From positions 250,001 to 314,000 of the forward strand of contig CM075992.1 of the NCBI GenBank assembly GCA_038087875.1: 64,000 nucleotides of DNA, in the 5' to 3' direction. Below are positions 61,731 through 64,000 of the stretch, in pieces. The notes beneath the pieces are model-generated. The model was given only the letters and a program-made list of their open reading frames with translations, did not search any database and had not been told where the DNA came from. Origin of the DNA: Malacoraja senta (Eukaryota). The position numbers and the translations under genes were made by a program. The number at the start of each line of letters is the position of its first letter. Position 1 is the first letter of the stretch.

Positions 61731-64000
61731 TTTTACACACACGCCTCTCCCCCGGTGAGGGGGCTGGTGCACTTGGCTAAAGGCGGTGTCTCCATAACTC
61801 CATCACCCACAAAGCACTGGAGAATCACAAGGCTGCTTCATTTTGTGTTAGAATCATGTGTACATTGGCCATTCCCGACAATACATGATGTTACGGTTTC
61901 TTTAAACACTCGCTTGGCTCAATGCATTTTGTTGGAAGGTGAGCCCAACCAAGCCGAGGTGTCGCTTCTGAACGGGTTGTTTGTGTTTTCACGTCTCTCT
62001 CTCTCTCTCTATCTCGCTGCGTCCAATCCTTAAACACACAATGCTGCACTGATACTGAAACGATGCTCTTGTGCAGCACGAAATGCCCAGCCTCAGTTCA
62101 TGGCTACGCTCGTATCATCTAGCACTTGCTAAAATTAAACCATCTATTAATGGAACCTAGTTACCACGTTACAGATATACCAGAGGCTTGTTATAAGACA
62201 ATTCCATTCGCCCAGCAAGATCAGTCCGTCTGTGGGTTCATTTCTCACAAAATAGTAATGGTGGCACATCATTTTGAAGAACGCTGACCCCTCGACGACT
62301 GAGGGAATCTGCCCTCAGGGTGTGGGATGCACTCGAGCTGTGACAGCTGAGAGCACCTCCCCGAGATACAATGTGAATCCAGGACTCTGGCTTACCCTCA
62401 ATGGCAGCTCCGAGTGAAACAGACACACTTGCTTTACAAGTCGAGACCCTTCTTCAGTCTGAAGAAGGGTCTCGACCCAACATGTCACCCATTCCTTCTC
62501 TCTGGAGATGCTCTCTGCCCCGTTGAGTTACTCCAGCTTTTTTGTGTCTATTTTCGGTTTAACCAGCATCTGCAGTTCCTCCCTACACAGACATCTCTGG
62601 TCGAAAGGCCATTTGCAAATGGGACGTGTTGTAGTGGGGTAGCGGAGAGTGGAATTGACTCAACAAGAATAGCTGCAGATGTCTATCAAGGTTGAAAAAC
62701 GACACAAATTCATTTCCAAAATATGCAATATAGGAAAGGATAGCAACAGGGCAAACCAAGGAACAAATATCAGTTCAGTTTGAGTTTAGTTTATTGTCAC
62801 GTGTACTGAGGTACAGTGAAAAGCTTTTGTTGCATGCTATCATAAGTAGAGTGTAGAAATATCTAGGATAAATTGATTATTTCCATGCAGTTTAGTCTGG
62901 GGATTTTGAACTGATGGTCAGTGTGGGAGGAACAGGATCGCTGATGGTCGGAAGAGGGGGAAACAGTTTATCTGTGAGTGTTGGACAGATTGAACAAGGC
63001 AATACAGAAGCACTAACGCCACAATTCATCTTTGCTTCAATATAAGATCTGGCACAGATTATCTCTCCCTTCTAACCCCATTCTCCTGCCTTAGCCCATA
63101 AGCCCTGACACCCGTATTAATCAAGAATCTGTCTATCTCTTCCTTTAAAATGTCCACTAACTTGTGGCCTCCACAGCCTTCTGTGGCAACAAAATCCACA
63201 AATTTCACCAGCCTCTGACTAAAGAAATTCCTCCTCATCTCCTTCCTAAAAGAACAAACTTTAACTCTGAGGCTGTGACACTGGTCCTGGACTCTCCCAC
63301 TAGTGGAAACATCCTCTCCACATCCACTCTATCCTAGCCTTTCACTATTCTGTATGTTTTAACCACGTCCCCCCTCATCCTTCTAAACTCCATCTAACAT
63401 CCATTGACCAAACCAGACAGTAATGCACACATTTTTTCAACATCGCCCTATTTGATATGGTGGTACCTTGTCTTCTGTATCTGAATAACTTTTACTGGAA
63501 TAATTTAAGTTTATATATGTTGTTTTCTAAAAATGAATTCACAGTTTGTTCCTTGCCACCTTTTTAAAGCTCTGCAAAGAAATGTAGCTCAAGGAGAAAC
63601 ATTTGAAGTTTATGTTCTCTGATGAATAATTAATAGATTACATTTACCGTTGCTCCTAATCAGAGTTCTGGTAATGGTACAAGAACTTCACATCCCTCTG
63701 ATGAAGACAAACTCCAACATTAATATAGATCCCGGTGCTCCAGATGTCAGGAATCGGAGCTGCAGCCATGTTGGATAATAATGCAATGGAGATTGAGATG
63801 TGATGGATAGTTATCCAGTGATACAGCACAGACACAGTTCCTTCAGTTTAGTTCCTTCACGCGGGGGCAGCGGTAGAGTTGCTGCCTCATAGCTCCAGAG
63901 ACCCAGGTTCGATCCTGACTATGGGTGCTGTCCGTACGGAGTTTGTATGTGCTCCCTGTGACCGCATGAGTTATCTCCGGGTGCTATTGTTTCCGCCTAC

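Larger units (their letters stand above)
32845..64000 (+). other. elavl3: Putative intron 1 (over 31 kb, continues past the window)
   Basis: Donor GTAGGT followed by a U-rich tract; no recognisable ELAV RRM exon downstream in the window. Confidence 0.5.

Overview
Repeat-rich vertebrate DNA, most likely from a cartilaginous fish (skate/ray-like), inferred from HE1-type V-SINEs and HER1/CR1-type LINEs. No prokaryotic features are present. The only host-gene signal I can support is a probable promoter and first exon at about 32.3-32.85 kb. It has CCAAT, CAGATG and TATA-like elements, a microsatellite-rich leader, and a 9-nt coding stub ATG GTC ACT (M-V-T) followed by a GTAGGT donor. This matches my recollection of elavl3 (HuC) exon 1; exon 2 is not in the window, so the gene call is moderate. 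The rest is transposable elements and tandem repeats: a near full-length decayed CR1 (zinc-finger/esterase ORF1, APE-RT ORF2) with nested insertions, a second CR1 with an in-frame RT-core deletion, many CR1 3' ends, V-SINEs and Rex1-like fragments. There are also Penelope-like (PLE) fragments whose terminal repeat carries a minimal hammerhead-ribozyme motif and forms palindromic or tandem insertions with long target duplications. A candidate non-autonomous Helitron, a candidate RTE-derived element, several minisatellites, candidate conserved non-coding elements and a 200-N gap complete the picture. Most ORFs in the track are repeat artefacts. I found no clearly new system; the PLE/hammerhead palindromes, the Helitron and the RTE-like element are the best leads.
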